Notes under the pieces: model-generated | The model's database searches: none | What the model saw: only the letters and a program-made list of their open reading frames with translations | What the model was told of the DNA's origin: nothing | Assembly (NCBI GenBank): GCA_023437365.1 | Contig: JAEZGK010000003.1 | Coordinates: 24,922-88,921, forward strand | Direction of reading: 5' to 3' | Source: Bacillota bacterium | GTDB taxonomy: Bacteria; Bacillota; Clostridia; Lachnospirales; Lachnospiraceae | DNA length: 64,000 nucleotides | Program-made: the position numbers and the translations under genes | Part shown: positions 20,124 through 29,872 of the stretch, in pieces | Layout of the letters: each line of letters opens with the position of its first letter | Position numbering within the stretch: the first letter of the stretch is position 1

Positions 20124-21113
20124 TTGATAGATAAGATACGTTATATTACGACGCAGGAGACCGATCCCTATCGCAACCTAGCCTTGGAAGAGTATCTTCT
20201 GAAGCAGGTCGGCGACAGGGAGGTCATCCTTTATCTCTGGCAGAATGAAAGAACAGTAGTCATCGGTAAGAATCAGAACCCCTGGAAGGAATGCAGGATA
20301 GCCGAATTGGAAGCGGACGGAGGCAGATTGGTACGTCGTCTGTCCGGCGGAGGAGCTGTATTTCATGACCTGGGGAATCTGAATTTTACCTTTCTGGCGG
20401 GGAAAGAAAATTATGATGTGGAGCAGCAGCTGGACGTAATCCTTGGTGCTGTCAAATCTCTTGGGATACCTGCGGTAAAGTCCGGCAGGAATGATCTCAC
20501 CGCTGAGGACAGAAAGTTCTCCGGCAATGCCTTCTACAGCGATGGGACCCATTGCTATCACCATGGTACAATTCTGGTGAAGGTGGATATGGAGATGCTG
20601 TCCCATTATCTGAATGTCTCCAGAGAGAAGCTGGTGACCAAAGGTGTGGAATCCGTCCGTGCAAGAGTGGTAAATCTGACAGAGTATGCGCCATCCTTAA
20701 CGATAGAACAGATGAAGCAGGAGCTGCTTCATTCCTTTGAGAAGGTGTACGGTCTAGTACCGGAGGAGCTGGAGCTGTCTGAATTACCAATTAAGAAAAT
20801 CGAACTTTTGACTCATAAATTTTCCTCCTGGGAGTGGATTCTGGGAAGGCGGTTGGAATTTAACTTCTCGCTTGAAAGAAGATTTTCCTGGGGAGGCTTT
20901 GAGCTTTTGTTCATGATTAATTCCGGAAGAATAGCAGAGTGCAGAGCTTATACGGATGCCTTGGAGACAGGTTTTTTTGAACAGCTTTCCAGTACCCTGA
21001 CCGGATGTGAATTTTCCTCTGCAGCAATGCTTCGGGCGCTTGAGAGAATTTCTGTGACGGAGGCCCTATGGAAAGAGGATGTGATTAATCTGATCAGAGA
21101 AGCAGGAATCTGA
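20124..21113 (+). CDS. lplA: Lipoate-protein ligase A
   Basis: RRLSGGGAVFHD, KFSGNA, HHGT. Confidence 0.95.
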   Translation: MIDKIRYITTQETDPYRNLALEEYLLKQVGDREVILYLWQNERTVVIGKNQNPWKECRIAELEADGGRLVRRLSGGGAVFHDLGNLNFTFLAGKENYDVEQQLDVILGAVKSLGIPAVKSGRNDLTAEDRKFSGNAFYSDGTHCYHHGTILVKVDMEMLSHYLNVSREKLVTKGVESVRARVVNLTEYAPSLTIEQMKQELLHSFEKVYGLVPEELELSELPIKKIELLTHKFSSWEWILGRRLEFNFSLERRFSWGGFELLFMINSGRIAECRAYTDALETGFFEQLSSTLTGCEFSSAAMLRALERISVTEALWKEDVINLIREAGI

Positions 21114-21142
21114 TGGTTGGAAGCATAGGAGGTAAATTGTAG

Positions 21143-22615
21143 ATGGAGCAGAAAGGAAAGCATATATCGGAGGCCTACGAACTGGTTGTGATTGGAGGGG
21201 GTCCGGGTGGATACGTTGCTGCAATCAAGGCAGCACAGTTAGGAAAGAAGACAGCCTTGATCGAATATAGGGAAATCGGAGGGACCTGCCTGAATCGAGG
21301 TTGTATCCCTACTAAGACGCTGATGCACAGTGCGCATCTCTATGAGGAGGTGCGCAGACTGGCGGAATTCGGTATTGATATCGGTGAGGCGAAGCTATGT
21401 ACAGATAAAGTATGGGAGCGTAAGGACAGTGTCGTAGAGCGGATGAGAAACGGTGTAACTGCTCTGCTGGAAGCCAATCATGTTACGGTATATCAGGGAA
21501 AGGCCAGGATTTTAGGTAGAAGCTGTCAGCAGGAAAGCATCAGAATCGGCATAGCCTTGCCGGACACAAAAGGAGTCACTGATCAGATACCGCTGCGGGA
21601 ACTGGAGGCGGAGAGGGTTCTGATTGCCACAGGTTCGAAACCTAGCCTTCCGAATATACCGGGGATAGAGCTTCCCGAAGTACTCACCAGTGATGAACTA
21701 CTGGAGAGGAAGGAGCTATTTCCAAGATTACTTATTATTGGCGGGGGAGTAATCGGGATTGAGTTTGCCACTCTCTATCAGGAGCTTGGCTGCCGGGTTG
21801 AGATCATTGAAGCAATGGATCGTATCCTCCCGTCCATGGATAAGGAGATTTCACAAAGTTTAGCTATGAGTCTCAAGAAAAAGGGCATCCTACTTCATAC
21901 GAAGTCCATGGTTCAGGAGATTAGACAGACTGCAGATGGCTCTTTAGCCTGTGCGTATATTGAGAAGGAGCAGTCGAAGGAAGCATTTGCAGATGGAATT
22001 CTTATTGCAGTCGGAAGAAGGGCTTATACAGAGGAGCTATTTACCGGGGAATGCAAGCCAGAGATGGACGGAGCTTATATCAAGGTTAAGGACAGCTTTG
22101 AGACCGACATCCCGGGAATCTATGCCATCGGGGATGTCATCCGGGGAATGGCACTGGCACATACAGCTTCCGCACAGGGAATTGCTGCGGTAGAAGGGAT
22201 GTTTGGTCAGGAGCTTACAGTAAAGCTGTCAGCCATTCCATCCTGTGTCTATACGACTCCGGAGATAGCCCTGGTAGGCTTAAGTGAGGAGAAAGCAGCA
22301 GAAGCGGGATATGAAGTTAAAATTGGAAAATATCCTATGCTTGGCAATGGCAAGACCCTTCTGTCCGCTGGTGACAGAGGCTTCATTAAGCTGATTACTG
22401 ACGCAGCTTCGGATCGTCTTCTGGGAGCGGTACTCTTGTGTGACCGTGCTACAGATATGATCAGTGAACTTACGATGGCAATTGTAAATGAACTGACTGT
22501 AAAGGATATGAAAGCTGTAATCAGGCCCCATCCTACCTATAGTGAAGGAATCACAGAAGCACTGGAGGATATACACGGACAATCAATTCATTTGATGCCC
22601 CGCGAAAAACGGTAG
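21143..22615 (+). CDS. lpdA: Dihydrolipoyl dehydrogenase
   Basis: GGTCLNRGCIPTK, HPTYSE. Confidence 0.96.
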   Translation: MEQKGKHISEAYELVVIGGGPGGYVAAIKAAQLGKKTALIEYREIGGTCLNRGCIPTKTLMHSAHLYEEVRRLAEFGIDIGEAKLCTDKVWERKDSVVERMRNGVTALLEANHVTVYQGKARILGRSCQQESIRIGIALPDTKGVTDQIPLRELEAERVLIATGSKPSLPNIPGIELPEVLTSDELLERKELFPRLLIIGGGVIGIEFATLYQELGCRVEIIEAMDRILPSMDKEISQSLAMSLKKKGILLHTKSMVQEIRQTADGSLACAYIEKEQSKEAFADGILIAVGRRAYTEELFTGECKPEMDGAYIKVKDSFETDIPGIYAIGDVIRGMALAHTASAQGIAAVEGMFGQELTVKLSAIPSCVYTTPEIALVGLSEEKAAEAGYEVKIGKYPMLGNGKTLLSAGDRGFIKLITDAASDRLLGAVLLCDRATDMISELTMAIVNELTVKDMKAVIRPHPTYSEGITEALEDIHGQSIHLMPREKR

Positions 22616-22760
22616 CCTACCGACCTGATGTGTTCTACGAAGCTGTTATTCGGTGATTTCATTCATAGGTGTGCTCCTATGGGCTTTGGTAATTTTTTCT
22701 GTCTAAATTTCGGTATTACATGATATCTGTACTCTATCAAGCCGGAACGATGCGGGACGA

Positions 22761-22794
22761 TAGGGTTTTATGTAGGGTTTTATGTAGGGTTTTA
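22761..22794. repeat. Tandem repeat, ~3 x 12 bp TAGGGTTTTATG
   Basis: Immediately upstream of TTGAAA-17-TATAAT. Confidence 0.9.
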
Positions 22795-22874
22795 CAGATT
22801 GAAACAGCTTGGCAGGAATGATATAATTGGTGGTTGTAATTAAGAAATTAGGCAGTTAGGAAAGGATAAGGACA

Positions 22875-23420
22875 ATGAGAATACTTGCTGAAGATACTAT
22901 GGCACTGATCGTAGACTACCAGGAGCGGTTGGTTCCTGTGATTGATCGGAACGAAGAGCTGCTGCACCATACACAGATTTTGATGAAAGGCTTACAGGTA
23001 CTTGGAATTCCCATGCTGGTAACCCAACAATATACCAAAGGGATAGGCGGGACTGTGCCCGAGCTGGCAGAGGTTTTGGGTGAGGGCTTTACCTATGAGG
23101 ACAAGGTTAGCTTCAGCTGTGCCGGGGATGAGACCATTCTAGGAAAAATCAAAGCGTTCGGTAAGAAGAATATTATAGTCTGCGGAATCGAAGCCCATAT
23201 CTGCGTGCTTCAGACTGTGATCGATTTAATCGCACTCGGATATCAGGTGGTTCTTGTGGAAGACTGTGTGGGCTCAAGAAGAGAGAATGACCGTAAGGTC
23301 GGGATCAAGCGTGCGATCAAAGAAGGCGCCATCCCTACAACCTATGAGGCTATCCTTTTTGAGCTGACTAAAGTTGCGAAGACAGATACCTTCAAGGAAA
23401 TATCAAGACTGATCAAATAG
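22875..23420 (+). CDS. Isochorismatase-family hydrolase
   Basis: IVDYQERL, TQQY, GIEAHICVLQT. Confidence 0.9.
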   Translation: MRILAEDTMALIVDYQERLVPVIDRNEELLHHTQILMKGLQVLGIPMLVTQQYTKGIGGTVPELAEVLGEGFTYEDKVSFSCAGDETILGKIKAFGKKNIIVCGIEAHICVLQTVIDLIALGYQVVLVEDCVGSRRENDRKVGIKRAIKEGAIPTTYEAILFELTKVAKTDTFKEISRLIK

Positions 23421-23444
23421 ATTAAGACTGTGTGAAACATCAAT

Positions 23445-23498
23445 CATTATCGGTCATTATCGGACATTATCGGTCATTATCGGTCATTATCGGTCATT
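23445..23498. repeat. Tandem repeat, 5.4 x 10 bp CATTATCGGT
   Basis: Directly visible. Confidence 0.95.
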
Positions 23499-23510
23499 TG
23501 CTTTCAACTA

Positions 23511-23581
23511 CGAACAAATGTTTGAATATGCATTGACTTTTAAAAGTATCTTTGATAAAATAATACCAGAACAAATGTTTG
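23511..23581 (+). promoter_or_regulatory. Promoter flanked by two LexA (SOS) boxes
   Basis: GAAC-AAAT-GTTT at 23512 and 23569, around TTGACT...TAAAAT. Confidence 0.8.
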
Positions 23582-23598
23582 ATAACGGGAGTGAAGGT

Positions 23599-25041
23599 AT
23601 GGTAATTCAGGAGAATATGTCAATACAGAGAAAGCTGGAGGTATTGTCAGATGCGGCAAAGTATGATGTGGCTTGTACCTCCAGTGGAGTAGACCGTAAG
23701 GGAGATAAGAATTCCATGGGCAACAGTCTGGCCTGTGGTATCTGCCATAGCTTCTCCAATGACGGCAGATGTATTTCACTGTTAAAGGTGCTATATACCA
23801 ACGAATGTATCTTTGACTGTAAATACTGTATCAACAGAGCATCGAATGATATTGTCCGTGCGTCCTTTACTCCCCAGGAGATAGCAGAGCTGACGATGGA
23901 ATTCTATCGGAGAAATTATATTGAAGGATTATTCTTAAGCTCGGGTATTCTGGTCAGTCCGAATTACACCATGGAATTGATCCTGGAAGCATTAAGACTG
24001 CTTCGGGAGGTTCATCGCTTCAACGGATATATCCACTGTAAAGCAATTCCGGGAGCAGATCCCCAACTAATCGAGATGCTGGGTTGGTATACGGACCGTA
24101 TGAGTGTTAATCTGGAACTGCCTACAGCGGAAAGCCTCAAGGATTTGGCACCACACAAGAACCGAAAAAATATCCTGAAGCCAATTCGCCAGATCCAGCT
24201 TGGCAGGAAGAATAACCGGGAATTTCTCGGACTTCCGGATTTTCAGGCTCAGCCGAAGCCGCTTTTGACAGCCCGGGAAGATCACGATATTCAGGAGATT
24301 GTGACTTCGACCACCGGCAATGTTCCTGCGTTACTTAAGCCCGCGGGAAGCCGTCGCTTCGTCCCGGCAGGTCAGAGTACACAGATGATCATAGGAGCTA
24401 CGCAGGAAAGCGATTATCAGATTATGTCCGTGGCTGAGGCGCTTTATGATAACTTTGATTTAAAGAGAGTATTCTATTCTGCCTTCATGAACGTGAATCA
24501 AGACAGCCGTCTTCCTTCCACTGAGAGTGGACCTCCGCTGCTTCGGGAGCATCGATTGTATCAGGCAGATTGGTTGCTTCGTTTTTACGGATTTCAGACA
24601 AATGAGCTGCTGGATGAGCGTCATCCGAATTTTAATGTCTTGTTGGACCCGAAATGTGATTGGGCGCTTCGCCATCTGGAACTATATCCGGTGGAGGTGA
24701 ACAGGGCGGATTATTATACACTGCTTCGGGTCCCCGGAATCGGGACCAATTCTGCACAGAGGATCATTGCTGCCAGAAAAAGCGCGGTATTGGATTTTAA
24801 AGACCTTAAGCGAATGGGAATTGTTTTGAAGCGTGCAGTTTATTTTATCACCTGCAACGGAAGAATGATGTATCAGATTCGTATCGAAGAGAATTTTATT
24901 ACCCGGCAGTTGGTAGCCTTGAAGGATCAACTTCCTCTGGGGGTGGAAAAGGACATCACCTATCAGCAGCTTTCTCTTTTTGATGATGTTAGCTTTACCC
25001 CCGAGCCAAAGCAGGCAATTTTGTTGGCTTCCGGTGTATGA
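23599..25041 (+). CDS. Putative DNA modification/repair radical SAM protein (TIGR03916-like)
   Basis: DAAKYDVACTSSG, CIFDCKYC, REHRLYQADWLLRFY, C-terminal HhH (LLRVPGIG). Confidence 0.92.
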   Translation: MVIQENMSIQRKLEVLSDAAKYDVACTSSGVDRKGDKNSMGNSLACGICHSFSNDGRCISLLKVLYTNECIFDCKYCINRASNDIVRASFTPQEIAELTMEFYRRNYIEGLFLSSGILVSPNYTMELILEALRLLREVHRFNGYIHCKAIPGADPQLIEMLGWYTDRMSVNLELPTAESLKDLAPHKNRKNILKPIRQIQLGRKNNREFLGLPDFQAQPKPLLTAREDHDIQEIVTSTTGNVPALLKPAGSRRFVPAGQSTQMIIGATQESDYQIMSVAEALYDNFDLKRVFYSAFMNVNQDSRLPSTESGPPLLREHRLYQADWLLRFYGFQTNELLDERHPNFNVLLDPKCDWALRHLELYPVEVNRADYYTLLRVPGIGTNSAQRIIAARKSAVLDFKDLKRMGIVLKRAVYFITCNGRMMYQIRIEENFITRQLVALKDQLPLGVEKDITYQQLSLFDDVSFTPEPKQAILLASGV

Positions 25042-25089
25042 GCACGGTTTATGCCGGGGATGAGATGTAGTATTGGGAGTTGATTTCAA

Positions 25090-25884
25090 ATGGAGACTAA
25101 GAAAATATACCTTTGCGATGACAGTATAGACGGGATTTTCACTGCTGTTTATCAAGCCTGGAGTTCAAGGCTTGGACATGCCAATATTAAGATCGAAGAA
25201 AAATGTGAGGGCAGTAAATATTCTAATATTGAGCTGTTTGCTGAATACGCGGTTGTGGATACGGATCTTGAGCTGTCAGTGAAGGTGGGGAAAGCAATCA
25301 GAAGCAAGATATCGGACGAGGCTTATGAGATGGTTTGCCATGTTGCTCTTTCCGATTATACTGGTAAAGCAGATTTGATTTATCGCTTTTTGATCCTCGG
25401 CTTCGCCATCGGTCCTTCCATCGTAGAGCATATGAGCAATGAGGTGGTTAGCCGGATGAGCAAAGTCAATAAAAACGTATGGAATGAGTACCATCATTTG
25501 ATGGGGTTTGTACGTTTTTCTGAACAAGCCAACGGATTGCTGACTTCGATTATCCATCCAAAGAATAATGTACTTACGATATTGGCTCCGCATTTTGCAG
25601 ACCGGTTACCGCAGGAACGGTTTTTAATCTATGATGGTAATCGAAAGCTAGCCGCGCTCCATCTGCCGGGAACCCCTTGGATTTTAGCTGAGATACCTGA
25701 ACTGGATCAGGATCGTGTCAGGGAGGTGTCCGGCCTGGAGGACCAATACCGTGAATTATGGCTGACTTTTTTTGATCATATTTCAATTAAGGAACGCGAA
25801 AATTATCGATTACAGAGGAATAATCTTCCGCTTCGTTTTCGTAATGATATTACAGAGTTTAATCGCTTTTATGAAAATAAGTAA
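25090..25884 (+). CDS. TIGR03915/DUF4130 family putative DNA repair protein
   Basis: DGIFTAVY, EYHHLMGFVRF, PHFADRL, ISIKEREN. Confidence 0.88.
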   Translation: METKKIYLCDDSIDGIFTAVYQAWSSRLGHANIKIEEKCEGSKYSNIELFAEYAVVDTDLELSVKVGKAIRSKISDEAYEMVCHVALSDYTGKADLIYRFLILGFAIGPSIVEHMSNEVVSRMSKVNKNVWNEYHHLMGFVRFSEQANGLLTSIIHPKNNVLTILAPHFADRLPQERFLIYDGNRKLAALHLPGTPWILAEIPELDQDRVREVSGLEDQYRELWLTFFDHISIKERENYRLQRNNLPLRFRNDITEFNRFYENK

Positions 25885-25960
25885 TTTTTGAAGTGAATAA
25901 ATCAATTGAACTGAGAGATACTATTCCTGTAAAATTGATAATTTTATAGGAGGAGTAGCG

Positions 25961-26416
25961 ATGAAAAAGAAATTTCTAATATTATTAGGTGTATGCAGCT
26001 TTGTTGTATTTGCCTTCTGTGCATGTGCTGCAGGAACCAATAAAAACGGTACCGGTACAAATAATACTGTAACTAAAACCCCTACAACAACGAACGGCAC
26101 TGGTACAGGAACGACGTCGGGAACGACTTCGGGTACAACTTCGGGCACAACTTCCGGAACCACAGGTAATGGTACGGGAACAACCGGAGGAACCACAAGC
26201 GGAACCACTAACGGTACAGGAACAGGAACCACTAACGGTACAGGAACAGGAACCACAAGCGGTACAGGAACAGGAACCGGTACGGGAACAGGAACCGGTA
26301 CGGGAACAGGAACCGGAACTGGTACGGGAACAACCGGAGGAACTACAAACGGTACAACAGGTGGCACTACAAGCGGAACCACCGGCGGAACCACCGGAGG
26401 TACAGGTACTCGCTAA
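25961..26416 (+). CDS. Gly/Thr-rich low-complexity putative lipoprotein
   Basis: RBS AGGAGG, signal peptide with lipobox-like FCAC, then (GT)n/TTSG repeats. Confidence 0.75.
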   Translation: MKKKFLILLGVCSFVVFAFCACAAGTNKNGTGTNNTVTKTPTTTNGTGTGTTSGTTSGTTSGTTSGTTGNGTGTTGGTTSGTTNGTGTGTTNGTGTGTTSGTGTGTGTGTGTGTGTGTGTGTGTTGGTTNGTTGGTTSGTTGGTTGGTGTR

Positions 26417-26483
26417 ACTTTATTTCAATAATGGAAGTACAGAATGAGATAGATAACTCAAACTGTACTTCTTATTTTATCTT

Positions 26484-26888
26484 TTATTCCGAATTATGAT
26501 TTCTCGCACACGTTTTACACAGACCGGTAATCTGAATCTGATGCTCCCTGATAATAAAACCTTCTTCTTCCATGGCATCCTTAAGAGCATGTATGGGGCA
26601 GGATGGGAGATCAAATACCTTCTTGCAGTCATCACAGATAACAAAATGCTTATGTTCATTTTTATCTGTTTTGATTCGATAGAATATCTCATTGTCATTC
26701 AGATGATATTTATCGATCAGATTTTGACCGAGCAGAGCATCTATGGTTCTGTAAATAGTAGACTTGGCAATCTTAGGAATAGTAAGCACAACCTGAAGAT
26801 AGATTTCATTAATTGACATTGGGCGGTCTGAATCTCTTAATATACTTAAAATCAGCTGTTTCTGCTTTGTGTTTCTCTGGCTGTCCAT
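26484..26888 (-). CDS. Fur-family transcriptional regulator
   Basis: STIYRTI, HKHFVICDDC, GLCKTC. Confidence 0.92.
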   Translation of the reverse strand: MDSQRNTKQKQLILSILRDSDRPMSINEIYLQVVLTIPKIAKSTIYRTIDALLGQNLIDKYHLNDNEIFYRIKTDKNEHKHFVICDDCKKVFDLPSCPIHALKDAMEEEGFIIREHQIQITGLCKTCARNHNSE

Positions 26889-26920
26889 GATTACTCCTTT
26901 CCTTCAGATGCTAAGTAAGT

Positions 26921-28099
26921 TTATCCGAGGATTTCATAACGATAGAATTTTTTTTGGTTCTTTATGTATTCCCCGACCTTATTCATACCGACACGCTCTG
27001 CCAGATGAAGGGAAGGGGTATTTTCCGGTGCAATAAAAGCAGTGATCTTTGGGATAGCAAGCTCCTTCAGACAATAGTTAATAGTTGCAGCTACTATTTC
27101 TCGTCCATACCCATTTCTCTGATATGCAGGATCAATCAGGTAACCCAGTTCATAGACTGACTCCTTGTCTAGCTCCTTAAATTCTATACCGCAGCGTCCA
27201 ATTAGGCAATTATTATCTTTAAGATATACTCCCCATAAACCAAAGTCGTAAAAGGGATATATATTTTTTATATAAGCGCTTAGCTTCTCCTGCTCCACAG
27301 ACGGATCGGCGCTAAATTCCTCAAGAAAGTTACTGACTTCAGGTTTGATACAGATGGCAAACAGACTGTCAGCATCTTTCAGGCTCAGTTCTCTCAGGAT
27401 ACATTGCTTCGTTGACAGGATGGTTACCGGTTCCATATGGGCACGTTGATAAACACGAAGCAAAAATGCGTAATCCACTTCTTCAAAGCCTTCTACCAGC
27501 ATAGCTGCCTTACTTAAGTCCTGATTACCGGAATTTGGATTGACGAAACCTATAGAAGTGATGCCGGCGGCAGCTGCTGCTGTCACTCCATGGCAGGAAT
27601 CTTCGATTACAAGACATTCTACAGGCTCCACACCCAATTGCTTAGCGGCAGCTAAAAAGATATCCGGTGCGGGTTTGGGATGTTTCATATTCATTCCTGA
27701 TATGTAACCGTCAAAGATCTCATTGATACCAAGACTATTCATAACGCTTGCTATTGCAGCTGCCGATGAGGAGGAAGCAATAATCAGCTTCATTCCGTTT
27801 TTGTGTAAATCCCACATGAGGTCCGTAATATGGGGAATGACCGGATAACCCTCCGTTTGGAACAGAGTTTCCTTTGCCTCCTCGTTTGCTTTTGCTAATT
27901 CCTCTATTGTAATAGAAAGATTGAAATCCTCTATCATTGTTCGGCACATGACCGGAGTGCTGGTTCCTATGAAATTATAAGCGTACTCTATCTGAATTGA
28001 AATATTATATTTTTCTAATGCAAGAACAGCAGCTTTGGCATGCTGGGGCTCACTGTCGATGATGACACCGTCCATATCAAAAATGATTGCTTTAAGCAA
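26921..28099 (-). CDS. HAD phosphatase fused to a RimJ/L-type GNAT domain
   Basis: IFDMDGVIIDSE, KPAPDIF, IEDS; C-terminal ELGY..YQRNGYG..NTPSLHLAERVGM; TTG start with GGAGG. Confidence 0.88.
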   Translation of the reverse strand: MLKAIIFDMDGVIIDSEPQHAKAAVLALEKYNISIQIEYAYNFIGTSTPVMCRTMIEDFNLSITIEELAKANEEAKETLFQTEGYPVIPHITDLMWDLHKNGMKLIIASSSSAAAIASVMNSLGINEIFDGYISGMNMKHPKPAPDIFLAAAKQLGVEPVECLVIEDSCHGVTAAAAAGITSIGFVNPNSGNQDLSKAAMLVEGFEEVDYAFLLRVYQRAHMEPVTILSTKQCILRELSLKDADSLFAICIKPEVSNFLEEFSADPSVEQEKLSAYIKNIYPFYDFGLWGVYLKDNNCLIGRCGIEFKELDKESVYELGYLIDPAYQRNGYGREIVAATINYCLKELAIPKITAFIAPENTPSLHLAERVGMNKVGEYIKNQKKFYRYEILG

Positions 28100-28239
28100 G
28101 TTGTAACCCTCCGAATATTTTTTATTAGTATACAACTTTTGGGACATCCTTTCAATCATCAAATCAGGCATTGTAAAGCAATTTCGGAAAAGACGGAATT
28201 TTAGTTGCACACCATTGATAGGAATTGTTATAATATACC

Positions 28240-28638
28240 TTAATTCCGGTTTAACACTTTTTCAAAAAGCAGTCCGGCTAAGAACCATGCCGGTGCATAG
28301 TCAAAACGAACCACACCCTTGTAATTCAGCTTAGCCTTACTGTAATCCCAGGGGCAGGCATTATGCTTTTTAAGAAGGAGACCGCTGGAGTATTCTCCGA
28401 TATAAATCAGGAAAGCATAGACACCACCGCGAAGCAAAGCTGATCGGTTTTTGAGCTTTTTACAGAGTGGATTTAAACAGGCAGCCATTCCGTAAATCGG
28501 AAACATCCATACGGAAGTGTGACAGGTCAGGGTTTTATCCTTATGTTTTCTCATAGCATCCAGACCGGTCCACAGACATTCCATACACCAGCCGATTAGA
28601 CCACATAAGATGAAGTTTGTAAGAAAGCATTTTTTCAT
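28240..28638 (-). CDS. Putative ABC-permease-like membrane protein (DUF1113-like)
   Basis: GWCMECLW, WMFPIYG, CPWDYS. Confidence 0.75.
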   Translation of the reverse strand: MKKCFLTNFILCGLIGWCMECLWTGLDAMRKHKDKTLTCHTSVWMFPIYGMAACLNPLCKKLKNRSALLRGGVYAFLIYIGEYSSGLLLKKHNACPWDYSKAKLNYKGVVRFDYAPAWFLAGLLFEKVLNRN

Positions 28639-28703
28639 CGGTACCTCCAAAAAATATGTTATGTATATAGTATTCTACAATCCTGCCATGCTATTCAGGG
28701 GCG

Positions 28704-28900
28704 AAGTGTGAAGATAAAGCATCTTCACACTATGGAAGAACTGCGAAGCTCGCAACGTGAATTTATAATGCATAAATTCACGCTTATGGTGCTCGTTTCT
28801 TGTTCTTCTCAGATTATTTGAGATGCCGCTTTGCGGCATCATGTCTTGAAGAGTGAAGATAAGTGTGAAGATAAAGCATCTTCACACTATGGAAGAACTG
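28704..28900. repeat. Dispersed palindromic repeat: full copy 28704-28806 plus 40-bp partial copy 28861-28900
   Basis: AAGTGTGAAGAT-AAAGC-ATCTTCACACTATGGAAGAACTG...; near-identical to 55286-55389. Confidence 0.92.
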
Positions 28901-28917
28901 TGAGAAGGGATAAAGCT

Positions 28918-29412
28918 ATGGAAATTGAACGAAAATACGCAATACGCAATATGCCGGAGGACCTTTCAGGTTACGAGAAGAAAATAATTGAGCAAGGGTA
29001 TCTCTGTCATAATCCAACCGTCAGAATCAGAAAAAGTAATGAAGAATATATCCTAACCTATAAATCAAAGCTGGGTGTTGACCCAATTACACAGTCCCAT
29101 TCAAATGTGAATCATGAGGTGGAACTTCCTTTAACGGAGGAAGCCTACCTCAAGCTTAAGGCGAAAACTGACGGAAACATGATTTATAAGACAAGGTATC
29201 TGATACCTCTGCCGAATGGACTCACAGCAGAGCTTGATGTTTTTGAAGGTGTGCTGAAGGGACTTGTATTCGCTGAGGTAGAATTTCCTGATATCCTGTC
29301 TGCAGAGGAATTCGTTCCACCGGCGTGGTTCGGCAGAAATTTATCCCCTGATAAAAGCTTCACGAATTACCACCTGTCTTTATGCTCCTTGCCGCCGGTA
29401 ATTGATCTGTAA
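28918..29412 (+). CDS. CYTH domain protein
   Basis: MEIERKY (ExExK), IEQGYL, KTRY, AEVEF. Confidence 0.92.
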   Translation: MEIERKYAIRNMPEDLSGYEKKIIEQGYLCHNPTVRIRKSNEEYILTYKSKLGVDPITQSHSNVNHEVELPLTEEAYLKLKAKTDGNMIYKTRYLIPLPNGLTAELDVFEGVLKGLVFAEVEFPDILSAEEFVPPAWFGRNLSPDKSFTNYHLSLCSLPPVIDL

Positions 29413-29514
29413 TAATAATTCACTCAAAAAACTCCTCTGTCGGAATAACGGATAGTTCGTTGCCGTATGTGCATACTATTTCTGAACAAATCATCTGATT
29501 AATAGGAGGATATT

Positions 29515-29649
29515 ATGCCAAAGGACAGTCAACCGGACAATAAACGTGCAAGAATGGATAAAGCCAATGGTCAAACACCGCTGACGAGAGAGAATCAGAA
29601 CAAAAACAAGAATGCAAAAAGAAAATCAGTGAAGCAGAATGATGTGTAA
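29515..29649 (+). CDS. Small basic protein (44 aa), possibly spore-associated
   Basis: RBS AGGAGGA; MPKDSQPDNKRARMDKANGQTPLTRENQNK...; upstream GGATA-17-CATACTA. Confidence 0.65.
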   Translation: MPKDSQPDNKRARMDKANGQTPLTRENQNKNKNAKRKSVKQNDV

Positions 29650-29698
29650 GTAATTTTGACAATACCACAATTATCCTGAGAAAGGCATGGTTATTTAG

Positions 29699-29872
29699 AT
29701 GGCGAAAAAAGGAATGCGGCGATTTTTTGTAACAGAACCAACAGAGGTCAGAGAGAAGAGAGTGCATATGCCTAAGGATGAGGTTCCACCTGTACCTGAG
29801 ATTTCCGGGAAGGCAAAGGCTGGACATGAGAAAGCGGCTCCGATGGGCGAGCGTAGAGATAACAATGATTAA
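29699..29872 (+). CDS. Small hypothetical protein (57 aa)
   Basis: MAKKGMRR...PKDEVPPVPEISGKAKAG; stop overlaps the start of the HD gene. Confidence 0.6.
   Translation: MAKKGMRRFFVTEPTEVREKRVHMPKDEVPPVPEISGKAKAGHEKAAPMGERRDNND

Noticed and set aside
22761..22794. Telomere-like or G-quadruplex repeat
   Set aside because: Short intergenic repeat with only three GGG tracts in the array; treated as a VNTR.
25921..26447. Alternative-frame repeat ORFs (VPVP..., QEQEP...)
   Set aside because: Shadows of the Gly/Thr gene, which has the RBS and signal peptide.
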